The translations under genes and the position numbers were made by a program. DNA of 55,147 nucleotides, filler included, from Basidiobolus ranarum (taxonomy: Eukaryota), in the NCBI GenBank assembly GCA_040143965.1. It is 4 parts of 4 records of this genome, joined end to end, with 100 filler letters (N's around TTAATTAATTAA, not from the genome) between each part and the next. Parts side by side here need not be neighbours in the genome. Positions count along the whole stretch, not along the records: positions 1 to 13,729 come from JASJQH010000465.1; 3 more parts are not named here. One strand, given 5' to 3'. The notes beneath the pieces were generated by a model. It had not been told where the DNA came from, made no database searches, and saw only the letters and a list, made by a program, of their open reading frames with translations. The stretch's first letter is position 1, and each line of letters starts with the position of its first letter. Shown piece after piece: positions 1-11,600 of this stretch.

Positions 1-2
1 TG

Positions 3-164
3 TGCCGTTACTGCCCATACACATATGGTCAAGATTTCACGGCTACCCTAGACTGGGATTTCAGCCATCGTTGGAGAAATCTTGGTGTTACCATTGGATT
101 CTGGATGTTTAATGTATTTGCTACCTTGGTGTTCATCTGGATCTTCAGGAAGACCAAGCGTTAA
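3..164 (+). CDS. PDR/ABCG-type ABC transporter, C-terminal 53 aa (5' part outside window)
   Basis: Frame 3 reads CRYCPYTYGQDFTATLDWDFSHRWRNLGVTIGFWMFNVFATLVFIWIFRKTKR*, matching the C-x-YC...RWRN-x-G...FN + final TM helix pattern of fungal PDR transporters. Not in the ORF track. Confidence 0.85.
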   Translation, partial: CRYCPYTYGQDFTATLDWDFSHRWRNLGVTIGFWMFNVFATLVFIWIFRKTKR

Positions 165-1067
165 TATAAACTTATATACCCCTTCATATGAGTAAGAGAT
201 TGCAACACGTATGATTTTTTTATTCTTGACAACGATCTGTTTATTTCATCTGAATACAGAGCCCTGCTTAGATAATTTAATGACACATCGGATATCATAA
301 CATATTCGTTGTTATCACATTTACCCTTGAAATTTCTTTATCATCATTAACTATCATTTGTTAGAGTTAACTTAACTTCGTAAATAAAAGTTAATAACTC
401 GGCTTAAAACTACAAACATGCGTGCACTTGTTTATTGCTAGAACTATTTACTGTACGACATCGGTATTTATGATCTTCCCTTAGTTTTCCAATTTTACTA
501 TCACAAAGCAACTGAGCAACTATCTTCAACAAGTGTAAATTGAGACTGAATAAATAAGAAAGTAATTATCATTGCTAGTACATGAAGACTAGCCACTGCA
601 AGGCGAATTCACACATCAAAATTATGATATACTAGTAGAGAATCACGTACATCAAGAGGCTTGTAAAAAGAAAGGAGGGTAATGAATAGATGGAAGTGTT
701 CTTTCTTCTGAACAAGGTGGGATACATTATATATCCTATATGACTCCATGTGTGGCTACTTGGTTTCATAATTGTCCTGGAAATTCTGAGATACTGGCTA
801 CAAATTGGTTTGTTTGAGATGGTTGCGAGAATACATGCAATAGGAATATCATATATCCTATCCTTTGGCATGTAGAACAGCAATAGAGTTCACTATAAAA
901 ACGAGGACCTACCACCTTGTCAATTTCTTGGTTGAAAATGATAAATATTACACTTTAAAGGAAGAAATGGCATGAATTGAAATACTACTGAATAAATGGA
1001 TTGATGAAAATTTAATTAAGCTCATGTATTTTCAAAATATGATAATGGAACTGTTGAGAATCATTCA

Positions 1068-2626
1068 TCACTCTTGTCCTTCGACAGGGGGTAATCCATC
1101 ATCAACTAGAAAATTGTGTAGAAATTCAAAACATTAGAACAAGAGCTGAAAATCAAGGGAATCCAACATTACCTCTACGTCTATATATGGTGATCTCCTG
1201 TTGTTTGAAATATCTACGATTCTCCTCATCAATCAGCACCAAGTTAAGGTAGTATCTGGTAGAGAATTTCTTATTGACATCTCTGTAGGTGGGGGTCAAG
1301 TCGAAGCCACCAAGGAACAACCGGATGGGAATAGTCTCCCCTTTAAGAGAAGGATATAGTCTAAATATCGTAAAGTTCGAGAATATATGCTAGCTGATTG
1401 ACATACCACGAATAGGAGCGCCGTCCATAATCTCAAACTTGGTCAAGTTTTCGCTTTCATTGTATTGATTGGGAGCTAGAGTGAAATTCAGATACTATTC
1501 GACTATAAAGCTTTCTAGTGGGGGTTGTTAACTGTACCTGAACCAGTAGTTTCACGTCTAATAATCGATAATTCCATATGCTTAATCTTAATGCGGACTA
1601 GCAAGAAATAAATCTTGCCCACGATTACGTCCTTCAGATGATATCTGATTAACAAAGAAGGTTAAAACATAATTCAACGCGTTGGTTACGCTGAATAAGG
1701 CTTACTTAGATTTGTTGTATTCAAATTCAATGTGAAGGCAGTCTTCGATACCAACTTCCATCTTGATTGAATTGTTGGTGTCCAAGGGCATTCTATAAGA
1801 GTAGACCCAAAAATCTTTCTCTTTCACAAGATCGGAGAGTCTCCGAGAAGCGGTTACACGGATGAAATATCTTTAGGAGAAACGGAGTAGATTAATATTG
1901 TCAATAGCAAAGAAATGGTATTACGAGGAGTTAACTTTACCTTAATTTGACATTGATACCATAGTAACTCTCATATTGTTTTTCGACATTTTTGAATTCA
2001 AAATCGAATGATGTAGTTTCTCGAATTTCTCCAGGGACAGCCAGTTCTTGAACTAATGATAAGAACTCGTAATGATTACCTCTATCATAAAATAGCTCTA
2101 AATCAAGAAAACAAAATAGAAACACTCTGATGAGTAAACCAAAGGTTTCGACAAATTATTACCACTCAGATAATACCAATATTTCCTACGAATTCTACTT
2201 TGATGCCGCTGTGTTCAAAACGCTTGCCGTTCTTAACTTTGACGGTAACCTGATAACAAAGTTATAATCAGATGCAGTATTTTCAGTTTATACAAGAAAT
2301 GTTTCCGATATGATCCTCATTGAAGAAAACCGAGTAAAACTCAGTATATAGGAATATGGAAATCTTTGTTTTTACCTTTCCGGAAACTGTCTCGCCATCT
2401 AAGTACAAAGGAATTTTTTCACGACGATCTTTGTCTACTTTCGCTTCTACCATCGTACGTTGGTCTTCATCATCTAGAATAATCTCGATGTCCCCGGGAG
2501 GAGCCAAACCGAACAGACTCTAAAAGTTACGATGAGAAAGACAAATCTTTTGTTAATACAATTCAAGCCTTTAAGAGTATTGAAGATAGAGAAAAAGTGA
2601 GTCAATATCCTTACTGCCATTGCCAT
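1068..2626 (-). CDS. VPS26: Retromer subunit Vps26 (multi-exon)
   Basis: Spliced exons give MAMA|SLFGLAPPGDIEIILDDE...YLDGETVSGK, ELFYDRGNHYEFLSLVQELAVPGE, FDFEFKNVEKQYESYYGINVKLR, IKMEVGIEDCLHIEFEYNK, FEIMDGAPIRG, YYLNLVLIDEENRRYFKQQEITIYRR. GT-AG introns; stop TGA at 1068-1070. Confidence 0.97.
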
Positions 2627-3200
2627 TTTTTATAGTGATTTGTAGTAGTAAATACGTCAGTAGTAACTGCTCTGCTATTTACTCTCGGGTTTCTGAAAGT
2701 AGCGTGGCTATACTTTCACTTCAACATTATACCATTTATTGGCCCGACCTGTAGACCAATCAAATGGCAATCAGTCTATGAAATCCGTAAAATCGATTAG
2801 TCACAATACTAGTCAATTTTGAATTCTTGAAGATCAGTTAAAAAATAGGTACCACATATTTCCTCCATCTGCATGGCTAAAGCAAGAGCATTTGGTTTAA
2901 CTGTATGGTTATTTGTTTTTTCCCTAAAGCTGTATAGCCTAAATTTATCGGTGGCTAAGCATTGTTTAATTATTACTAAATTAGCGGCATCTATGAAATT
3001 AGCAAATACAGCTTATCACACTCCAAACTTAAATATACAATGCGATTCTACTGTCATATGATATACATGATAGAGATAAATTCATACTATTTTTCTTCTA
3101 ATAGTATCAAAATACATATTCACTTGTTCCTTCATTTCCCTAATTTGAAGCTTACTTGTTAGAAGTTTATTAATTAGTCAGAAATATTACCAGTGCTAAA

Positions 3201-6200
3201 ATGCCCGATTCCGAAGGAGTCCCAATTCCTATGAGAAGAGGAACCAACGGCTCACTTTCGATTCAATTACCGAAGAAAGCTTCAGTCGGTAGTTTTGGTA
3301 GGAAAGCTGGTGGGGGTTTCAAACGTAATAATGCAGTTTATTCTAAACCTGACGAAAATAAGAAAGTTATATTTGGTTTATTGGAGAAACTACAAAAGAG
3401 GAAAAGGCCCCCTCCCTTAATGTCTTGGAGTAACCAGACTGGTGAAGGAATAACCGTACCTGAGGAAATAATAGAGACGGTTATACAATTGAGAGATACT
3501 CTTGCTATTTGTGATGTAGGCCAAGAGCCTGCCTCTAACTATAACCAATCTTATGAAAATAGTCCAATTGATGGGTAAGTTTAAGAGTGTCATTCTTTTG
3601 TAGCAAACATTTACAGTTGACTAAACTGAAGTATTATCGGAACTCAATCACTTAAACACTGTTGTACTAAACATAAGCATTTATATCTAGAAGCCCGTCA
3701 AGCTCTCCTTCCCGCTCTCGGTCACCTGGGAGCTCACATCGTTCTTTCTCACCATCTCCTTCTCGCAAGAATAAAAAGATGTTCGATATAATGATGACTA
3801 GCGACGAAATATTTCTTGAGAAAATTTTAGACATGGTCTCAGATTTAGTTCAATATGAAGGTCGCTATCCTATCGCTACACCGAAGCTTACGCGACCGCC
3901 TTTTATTTTACAGTCGGTATTATTAGACTTGGCTCAATTGCTTATTGAAAGACATGCGCCTAGTCCTAGATTTTACTATCAATTGGGAATCAATTTTATC
4001 ACTGCCTTGTATACTTTCAAAGGCTTCATGTATCAGAGGCTTTTATTGTTGTATCATGATACAATCCTACCTTACTTGCTACCCAGAGGTGCCCCAAAGA
4101 TTCCAATCAGCTTCAGCAAGCACAACAGAAAAGCATCTACAGTAACTCAAGGTAAGGGGATCTATTATCTCTAGGGATATATGTCAGAATTTTAAATTCT
4201 CAGCTTGTTTTCTTATGCATAGAATCTGCAAGTATTACTATCACCCTTCCGGAGCAGTCTTCATCACCAACTATGGCTGCTGAAACTAGTTATTTGGGGC
4301 CGCAAATTACTGAGCAGACTGAGGATATAGGCGAGAGTTGGCGAATGGGAAATAGAGATCGAGGCTCACATCATCGTAAACGATCCAGTTTTTCATCCAC
4401 TTACTCCGAAGATTTGGACCTTCGCAACAGCTATGCATCAATATGCGAGCCTGTATTCCTCGCCCTGTTGCACAACACTAAGCATTCGGATATAGCCCTA
4501 GTCAGTCTATACCACAGCCATCGATTAATAGATATGATAATAACCAACAAGCCGGATGTATATAATAATATTCTAAATGTTGTTGCCTATGGAAGTCAGG
4601 AGGTCCGCTATCGTGCGCTGCAAGTGCTATTTCAATACTGGGAGCACGGCGCTGGACATTTGTTGATTGCTGAACCATTGCCCAAAATTGACTATACCTC
4701 TGACTTAAAGCTAAAGGAAAAGCAAGATTCTTCTAAAGAACCCCAAGTATCGAGTGGACCAACATTGGAAACACATACGGTGAATATTTCCGAAGATTGG
4801 CATGACCACGAGTATTATCCGCATTTGTATCTTTCTGATGGACCAGCCGGTCCCCAAGAATTTGATCAATCTGTGTGCATCTGTACACATTGTCTGAACA
4901 ATATTGAGTATTTTGGGGTCAGGTGCCATGGCTGTGGGAACAATGTACACTATTCCTGCTATAATGCTGCCCGGTTGCAGTTTTATGGCGAGGAATCGGG
5001 AAAGTATCATACGTTACAGTCTATTCCATACTCATACATTACCTCAAATCCGCGCCTGGCTTTATTAGATGCCAAGTATCCTGAAGGAGTCACAACGATT
5101 CACAGTGGCCCGCACAAATATCAACAAGTCAATACGCTATGTTTGTTGTCGTGCAGTGTTTGCCTAAAGCCCTTGTGGGGAATATCACATCAAGGATATC
5201 ACTGTGAGGCCTGTGGACGCCTAGTGCATTTAGAATGTATACGAGGAAGTTCAGGGATTGAGTGCAATGGGCATCGTCAATCTCACACTTTGACCATTAC
5301 GCAAAAGAGAATGCAAGAAAGCTTTGTTACTCATTACTCTGATATCTTGCTTAGACCTGGGACATTGAATGAGTATAGTTACGAAGAGTTGGTTCTGATT
5401 TTAGATATGCTTAGACTGCAAAAACAGTTGTTTGATAGCTCCATCATGTCTGGATATGTTGTTTTTGATTTTTCCACCGGCGAGTCGACTTCACTTAGCC
5501 TTCCGGAATTGGATTCTGCCATTGCGTTGATTGATTCCCATTTGATAGGGACAATTGCATCGGGAACACTTGGTTCATTTATGAGCTACTTCTTTGGACC
5601 AACTCGAACCAACACCCATAGTTTGATTTTTTCTCGAGTTCACCTGATCCAAATGACGTTGTTAATGAAGTATCAATCAAGAAATGACAGTGCCGGGGGG
5701 AGCCTTTTACAGGTATATCTACCTGAGCCAGAAGAGGAGTTGGTATTTCGCGAAAGTTTGACATGTCAAGAGGCTGAGATCTGGATAAGAAAAGAGTGTA
5801 AATTTCATTCAAATCAGGTTGTTAAACAGCTGTTACAATCTATGAGTAATTTCGGGTTCTTGGAGGGACTGTTCACGTCACCAGATTATGTAAGCGAGAT
5901 AGGACACAAAAGTATCAATCTACAGGACGATTTGGATGTGTTCAGAAGCCACCATTCAAGTGCAGAGATCATATTTCCTATCCCTTATGTGATCGAACCT
6001 TCTCCAACTGTAGAGATCCTTCTGTCGGCAATCGAAAGTTGTTTGTCTGACATAGACCTATCGGTGAATGAATGTGGATTTTTGTTGTTAACTCGTAGAT
6101 GTTGGCCACATCCAATTATGTCACATTATTGCCTCGAGCACTTGGCAAGATCTGTACTCTACTGGTTATATGACGAGGACAATAGACTATCTGTTATTCA

Positions 6201-9200
6201 TTTGGAATATACATCTAAGCGCTTGTCTCCACCAGGAGTCCGTCAAGAACTGGAGGAGAAGCGATTACTGGCTACCGTAAACCCCGCCATAGCTAACAAA
6301 TATACATTTGTACATAGCAGAACTGGTGGTGGCGCTTATGTTACTGCCAGACGTGGTCTAAAGGACAAATATATATATAGATGGTTGAAAGCAATTCATA
6401 GTCTAGACAAAGAGTTATACTCTCGAGTAATCTATCAGCAAACTGAAATAGCTGAAAAAAGACTATGGCAGGATGCGCAAGGAGGATTACCACCAGAGAA
6501 CTATGGAAACGGAGACGAGAATGGCACTGCTTTTTCTAGCGATAATGCCAACATGGGCTCTAGGCATGGATCCAAATCCATCAGGTTCGAAAACTTCCTT
6601 GATTGTTTCTTCAGGCTAAAGAATAATGGGTTGGTATTTTCGTGCTATGATCGTATACTGGCGTACTGGTTTGAAGATGTACTTAAAGCGTTTGGAAACT
6701 CGGGGAATTTCACAGATGATCTGTCTGAGGGAGTTCTATCCAGCTCGGATATAAAAGCACTTCAAAGACTACTTAACGGAGGAGTAAAAGTTGGCCCTAC
6801 TACTAATTTGGAACAAATGTACAAGAATATAGATCCTAACAATCACCTCGGTATACCCGTATCTAGCTCATCTAAGAGCAATCCTGGAAACAGTTATGAA
6901 AGTATCGAGGAGAGCCCTATTACCATTATACAACGCCGATTTGCACAAGCTAAAAACAATACCGAGAGAACGAACGCCTTGGATTGGTTGCGTGTTCTTA
7001 TTACCGGCGGGGCTTCAGTTCCTAACAAGGTGTTCACCGACTTGTGTCAAATCATGTGCAATTTGAGCTCCACTTCACCTGTGGCGAATTCACCCCATCA
7101 AAGAAAGTCACCAGACCCACATCATGTAAGCTCGAATGCAACTTCTAATCTCTCAGTATATGTAAGAATGCTACAAATGATATGGAAGAATGCCAAATAC
7201 GCACAGTCAGAAACCAACGAGGTCGCTAATATTCTATTGACGATCAACAAAGCAAATTACGATCAGATATGCACAATATTTAGAGAAAGCGAAACGGTCA
7301 CATCTCCTGAAGTGCAAGCATCCCAAGCGATAGACAGCGAAATCAATACCATATCAATCTTTGTGAAATACAACCTTATTCTGACTTTACATATCCTTGG
7401 ATGCCCATATGATAAGATTGAGGCTGCAGAGATTCTACCAGTGAATGGTGAGATGAACTTCCATAATGGAAATTCTACTCTTGCGAACGAGTCGGTTGCT
7501 AATCGTAGTGAGTCTGATAAAGCTCTCCAAGTGGAAAAAGTCAGGGAGATTATGGTTTTCATAGCAAGCTACTCCGAACACTCTAAACTAAACATTCACG
7601 TGGAACTCATCAAAGCCCTTTACCTCATTACGAATCATAATTTCGGTGAAGAGACCGGATTGACCTCGAGAGAGCTTCTACATCCCAAACTATTGAAAGT
7701 CATCTGGGAGTTAATGTCGCCTAACTACGATTATCTAGCAGAGTTTTCGTTATCTGTATTCATGCGAACGATCAAGTTGTATCCGGATGAATTTCATGCA
7801 TTTGTGAAGAAAATATTCAATTCAGAAGATTGGGAAACTCGCTATAAGAATCTGGATAACGGATTTGGAATCTTCTTTAAGACTACGCGAGATTTTGAGA
7901 CATTGTACCGAGATAGTCTGTACTTGTTGGGTCCAGTTTACAACTATTTTGTTGCTAGTTTATGGGATAAGAATCAAAATGTGTGCAGTAAGGGGTTGAC
8001 TATAGCTAGATCGATGCGCTCCACTAATCAGCAAAATGCTCTAAAAGTGTGGGAGATGTATTTTGCTGAGGAGAAGTCGGTTTCAGAGAAGACAAAGCTT
8101 ATACAGCACATGATTCGATTAAACGCAGCATTTCCTGGATTGCAAGTATTCGATTGGGAGCCATTGACGTTTACTTTATTGAAGTATGATACAAGCACCT
8201 CAGATAAAGTGCAAAGACGCTTAAGTGGCTTAAATATAATTGGATCATATCCGCAAAGCAATGCATCAACGACAGAGAAGAGTGGGAAATTCTTAGACAT
8301 ATCCAACCCCACCACCAAAAGCTCACTAGATGAAATTGAAAACCTCAAAGCATCTCTTATGACACTAGCATTGCAGATGCTAGGCAATAGCGTCAGAATC
8401 TCTTCCTCTGAATTGGTTAGATTGAAGTCTGCAGTGGTGATACATCTGGGCTTTGAAGATTGCAAAATCGACTGGCAAGCTCCCAAAAACAAAGAAGTCA
8501 CTTTCGGTGCGTTGCCTCCCAGGTCTGATTGGAATTCGCATACTTTACTGAATGTATTTGTGTTTGGAATCAAACGAGTTCTGGACAACGTCCCTCTGGC
8601 CAAGAAAACACATCGGAAAAATGAAGAGTCTTCGAATGGCCCTGCAGGTAGTGGCATCACTGGAAGGATTGGACCAGAATTCCTATCCCAGTCAAAGTAC
8701 CATGAGTCGCACTCTTTCTCAGAGGACAGTGAAAACTCCTCCGACAGCTTGGTACCTGGCACTTGGTTTGTGGATGTAATTTTGAAAATGTTTATTAGCT
8801 GTACCGAACTGTACACTCTTCCTACGGTCATGTTGAAATCATGGCTGGAGTTGATGTTAATCATAGTCAACAAGGTATGTCAGCCATCATTTTAGCCTGT
8901 GTTGTTGTATTATGCCCTTATGAATCATACTAATATGCAAGTGGCTTTTAGTATGAACTAGATGAGTCCGTGATTCCAGTCATGCGTCGTATCACGGAAA
9001 TCGTCTCCATCGATATTAATGATGAAAATAAGCAACTAGCCATCGCTGTCTGCTATTCCTTACTTAAAAAACCCGGGAAGTTATCAGCATTGCTTCTCTC
9101 TAAACAAATTGTAGCCATGGGCAAGCTTTTGTGCAAAGCACGAGACTCACCTCACGACATAGCTGCGCTCAAAGCCAAGGAGTTTTTACGAGCAGCTTTC

Positions 9201-11020
9201 TATAAGTTTGCAGATAATTGCTTGTTCTTGTTGTTATTCAAGGTACGTAGTATGTGTTGGCTTCATTAAGCATCGATTAACTTATATGTAAACAGAATCA
9301 TGGCGCGAACGTGAGTGGAGAAAATACCTTTGACTTATTTTATGTCATGGAGACTGTCATGGGACCGAACGATGTATGGACCTCCGAAGAAACAGAAGAG
9401 ACTCTTCCGTTAAGAGATTTGCCCATCAGAGATGTTATGGAGCATTTAATTAGTCAGGAACTCAATGGGAGAGCCTTTTCCACTGTCTTATCGAACTTTA
9501 GTGTATACATCATCCAAATACATCACCATTCACTTGGGGATCGACTACTAAAGGGTATCGGAATCTTCCTTGGAAAGCTAGCTGGGTTGTTAGATAAACG
9601 GGATGACATTGATGTGAGTCCAGTGCTCGACATGGTAGAGAAAATATTAAGAGAGCATCCATTTGCCATTGCGATCTTGACCCCATCTTTAAAAACCTTG
9701 GTCAAACACGCAGTTGAATCCTCATCTGTGAATGTAGAATCTTTGGCCAGACTACTCACGGTGCACAATCTGATCATGCTGGATCAGTTGGCAAATAAGT
9801 TCTCCATAGGAAGCTTTTTGGTCGATTTAATGAAGCTTATATACACCGGAAAGACTAAGCTACCTACAAATGGCGCAGCTACGTTGATCCAAGTGATGCT
9901 CTGGGACTACTATGCCGCGACTCCGGGGAGTGCACCAAGCAATCTTGGCTTCAATCAAATGGCACAAGCCCCAACTACAAATGGATACCGCACCATATTT
10001 CCTGGAATCACCGATCTATTTGATGACATGGTTCTATTCCTAGGGGATCCATTGAAATACCAAAAGTATACTGGAGAAGAGTTCAAGATATCGATTTGGA
10101 CGAGTCATTTGATTATTTCAATGCTGGAGCCGAGACATCGCCGGTTTCACGAGCTACTATGTAAACAAAATAATGATCAAAATCTTCACTTACTGAATCA
10201 TGTATTCTTGGCTATTGCACATGTTGGATCGCCGAAGCATTGTAGCATGGCTATCGAACTACAAGATATGATCACCGAAATTCTGTCACATGGAGTGAAA
10301 TTGGCGGCTTCCCCCGAGGCCAATGATGAACTCTTTGCAGCACAAAGAGTAGTCATAAGTCAAACCTTTGTGCTGATTAAAGCTTGGTCCATATTGATTC
10401 ATATTCTGAACGTCGATGCCAAACACCTCTCGGCTAATAATGGCAGAGGGAATACCAAACGACAGGGCTCCACAACCATGACTGCTGAACGTAGACTTTG
10501 GAACACAATCTGGCCTATGCTTAAGAAAACCTTACTAGCCAGAACTCAGAATGGCAATTCTACCGTAAGTTCATTTGACAACTAATGAATATAGAATTAG
10601 AAACAAGATTGAGTTCTCAATGATGTCATTGTTCTATAGGATCTGCCTCTTGTATGGCGGCACTTCTTCCAGTTGATTGCCTTTCTCCAAGGACTTGGGT
10701 CGGAAATACTGTTGGTTTATAATCACGATTGGCTCTCGGTGGTTGAGATATTCTTTGACGAGGTAGGGCCATAAAGGCTTAACTTTCGAAGTAATCAAAC
10801 TTAACATTCTTTCCAACTAATATAGCAGGAAAAACTGAATAACCCAGTTCGAGAGATCGAAAGTCAAACAAAGCTACTTCTAGATACAGTGCCTACTATA
10901 CATTTCTCTTCAGAGCTGGAGAATATTGTGGAAAACATCTACACTGAACTGCGACAATCATCACACTTTCAAGTCTCCCCTGAGGCGAACCAGCTGGCCA
11001 TATTCTTTGGACAGCTCTAA
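3201..11020 (+). CDS. ~2,450-aa helical-repeat protein with two C1-type zinc fingers; putative UNC79-like protein
   Basis: Exons 3201-3574, 3691-4151, 4223-8874, 8952-9242, 9296-10564, 10640-10762 and 10829-11020 (or 10826, NAGNAG acceptor) join in frame through GT-AG introns. C1 motif HKYQQV...CSVCLKPLWGISHQGYHCEACGRLVHLEC. The gene model is well supported; the UNC79 assignment is from recalled sequence similarity. Confidence 0.8.
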
Positions 11021-11600
11021 ACAGGGAGTATATATGCATTGGACGAGAATTTTGGTCAACAATCACCACTTCTCATTGTACGCAACAATTTCTTATTTCA
11101 TCTTTCACTTTTATATTAGCCCGAAAATGATGCCATGTATTATTTAACCGGCTCTCAGCCGATAGGCATTCTATGCTATATTGTATTTCTTCTCATTCAT
11201 TCATAGCAATAAATGAACTTTATACCCGCGTTTTATCATAATATTGACAGTTTGGTGTGCACCTAAGTACAAATAACTAACAATCTCTCACATTCACCAT
11301 CAGGTGAATCTCGGAATTTTCATCAGTTTGATCCCTAATGATTGGCCAGGGGTAGATAATTTCGATATCTACGTATACATGGAAATATGGATAAACAAAA
11401 ACAAAGGATAGAATGAATATTACCAGTCACATTAATATAGAAGAAATCCTTAAACTTCAGTATTTCTTGTAAAAAGTTTACAAAAAGAGAGGTTGAACCG
11501 CCAAACGCCTTGGGTTCTTACATATACATACTTTGTTGACTTATTTTTTGACCCTTTAAACTAGCGAATTTTTGTCCATATTCACTTTGCTAGTCAAGTC

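Noticed and set aside
1350-2613. Other ATATCCTT matches (~1350 minus, ~2606 plus; also ~45030 minus) as U12 donors
   Set aside because: They lie inside ordinary GT-AG introns or on the non-coding strand, and the frames are already explained.
8028-8873. 281-aa antisense ORF, and other antisense or overlapping track ORFs
   Set aside because: Shadows of real coding exons on the opposite strand, with no recognisable motifs.
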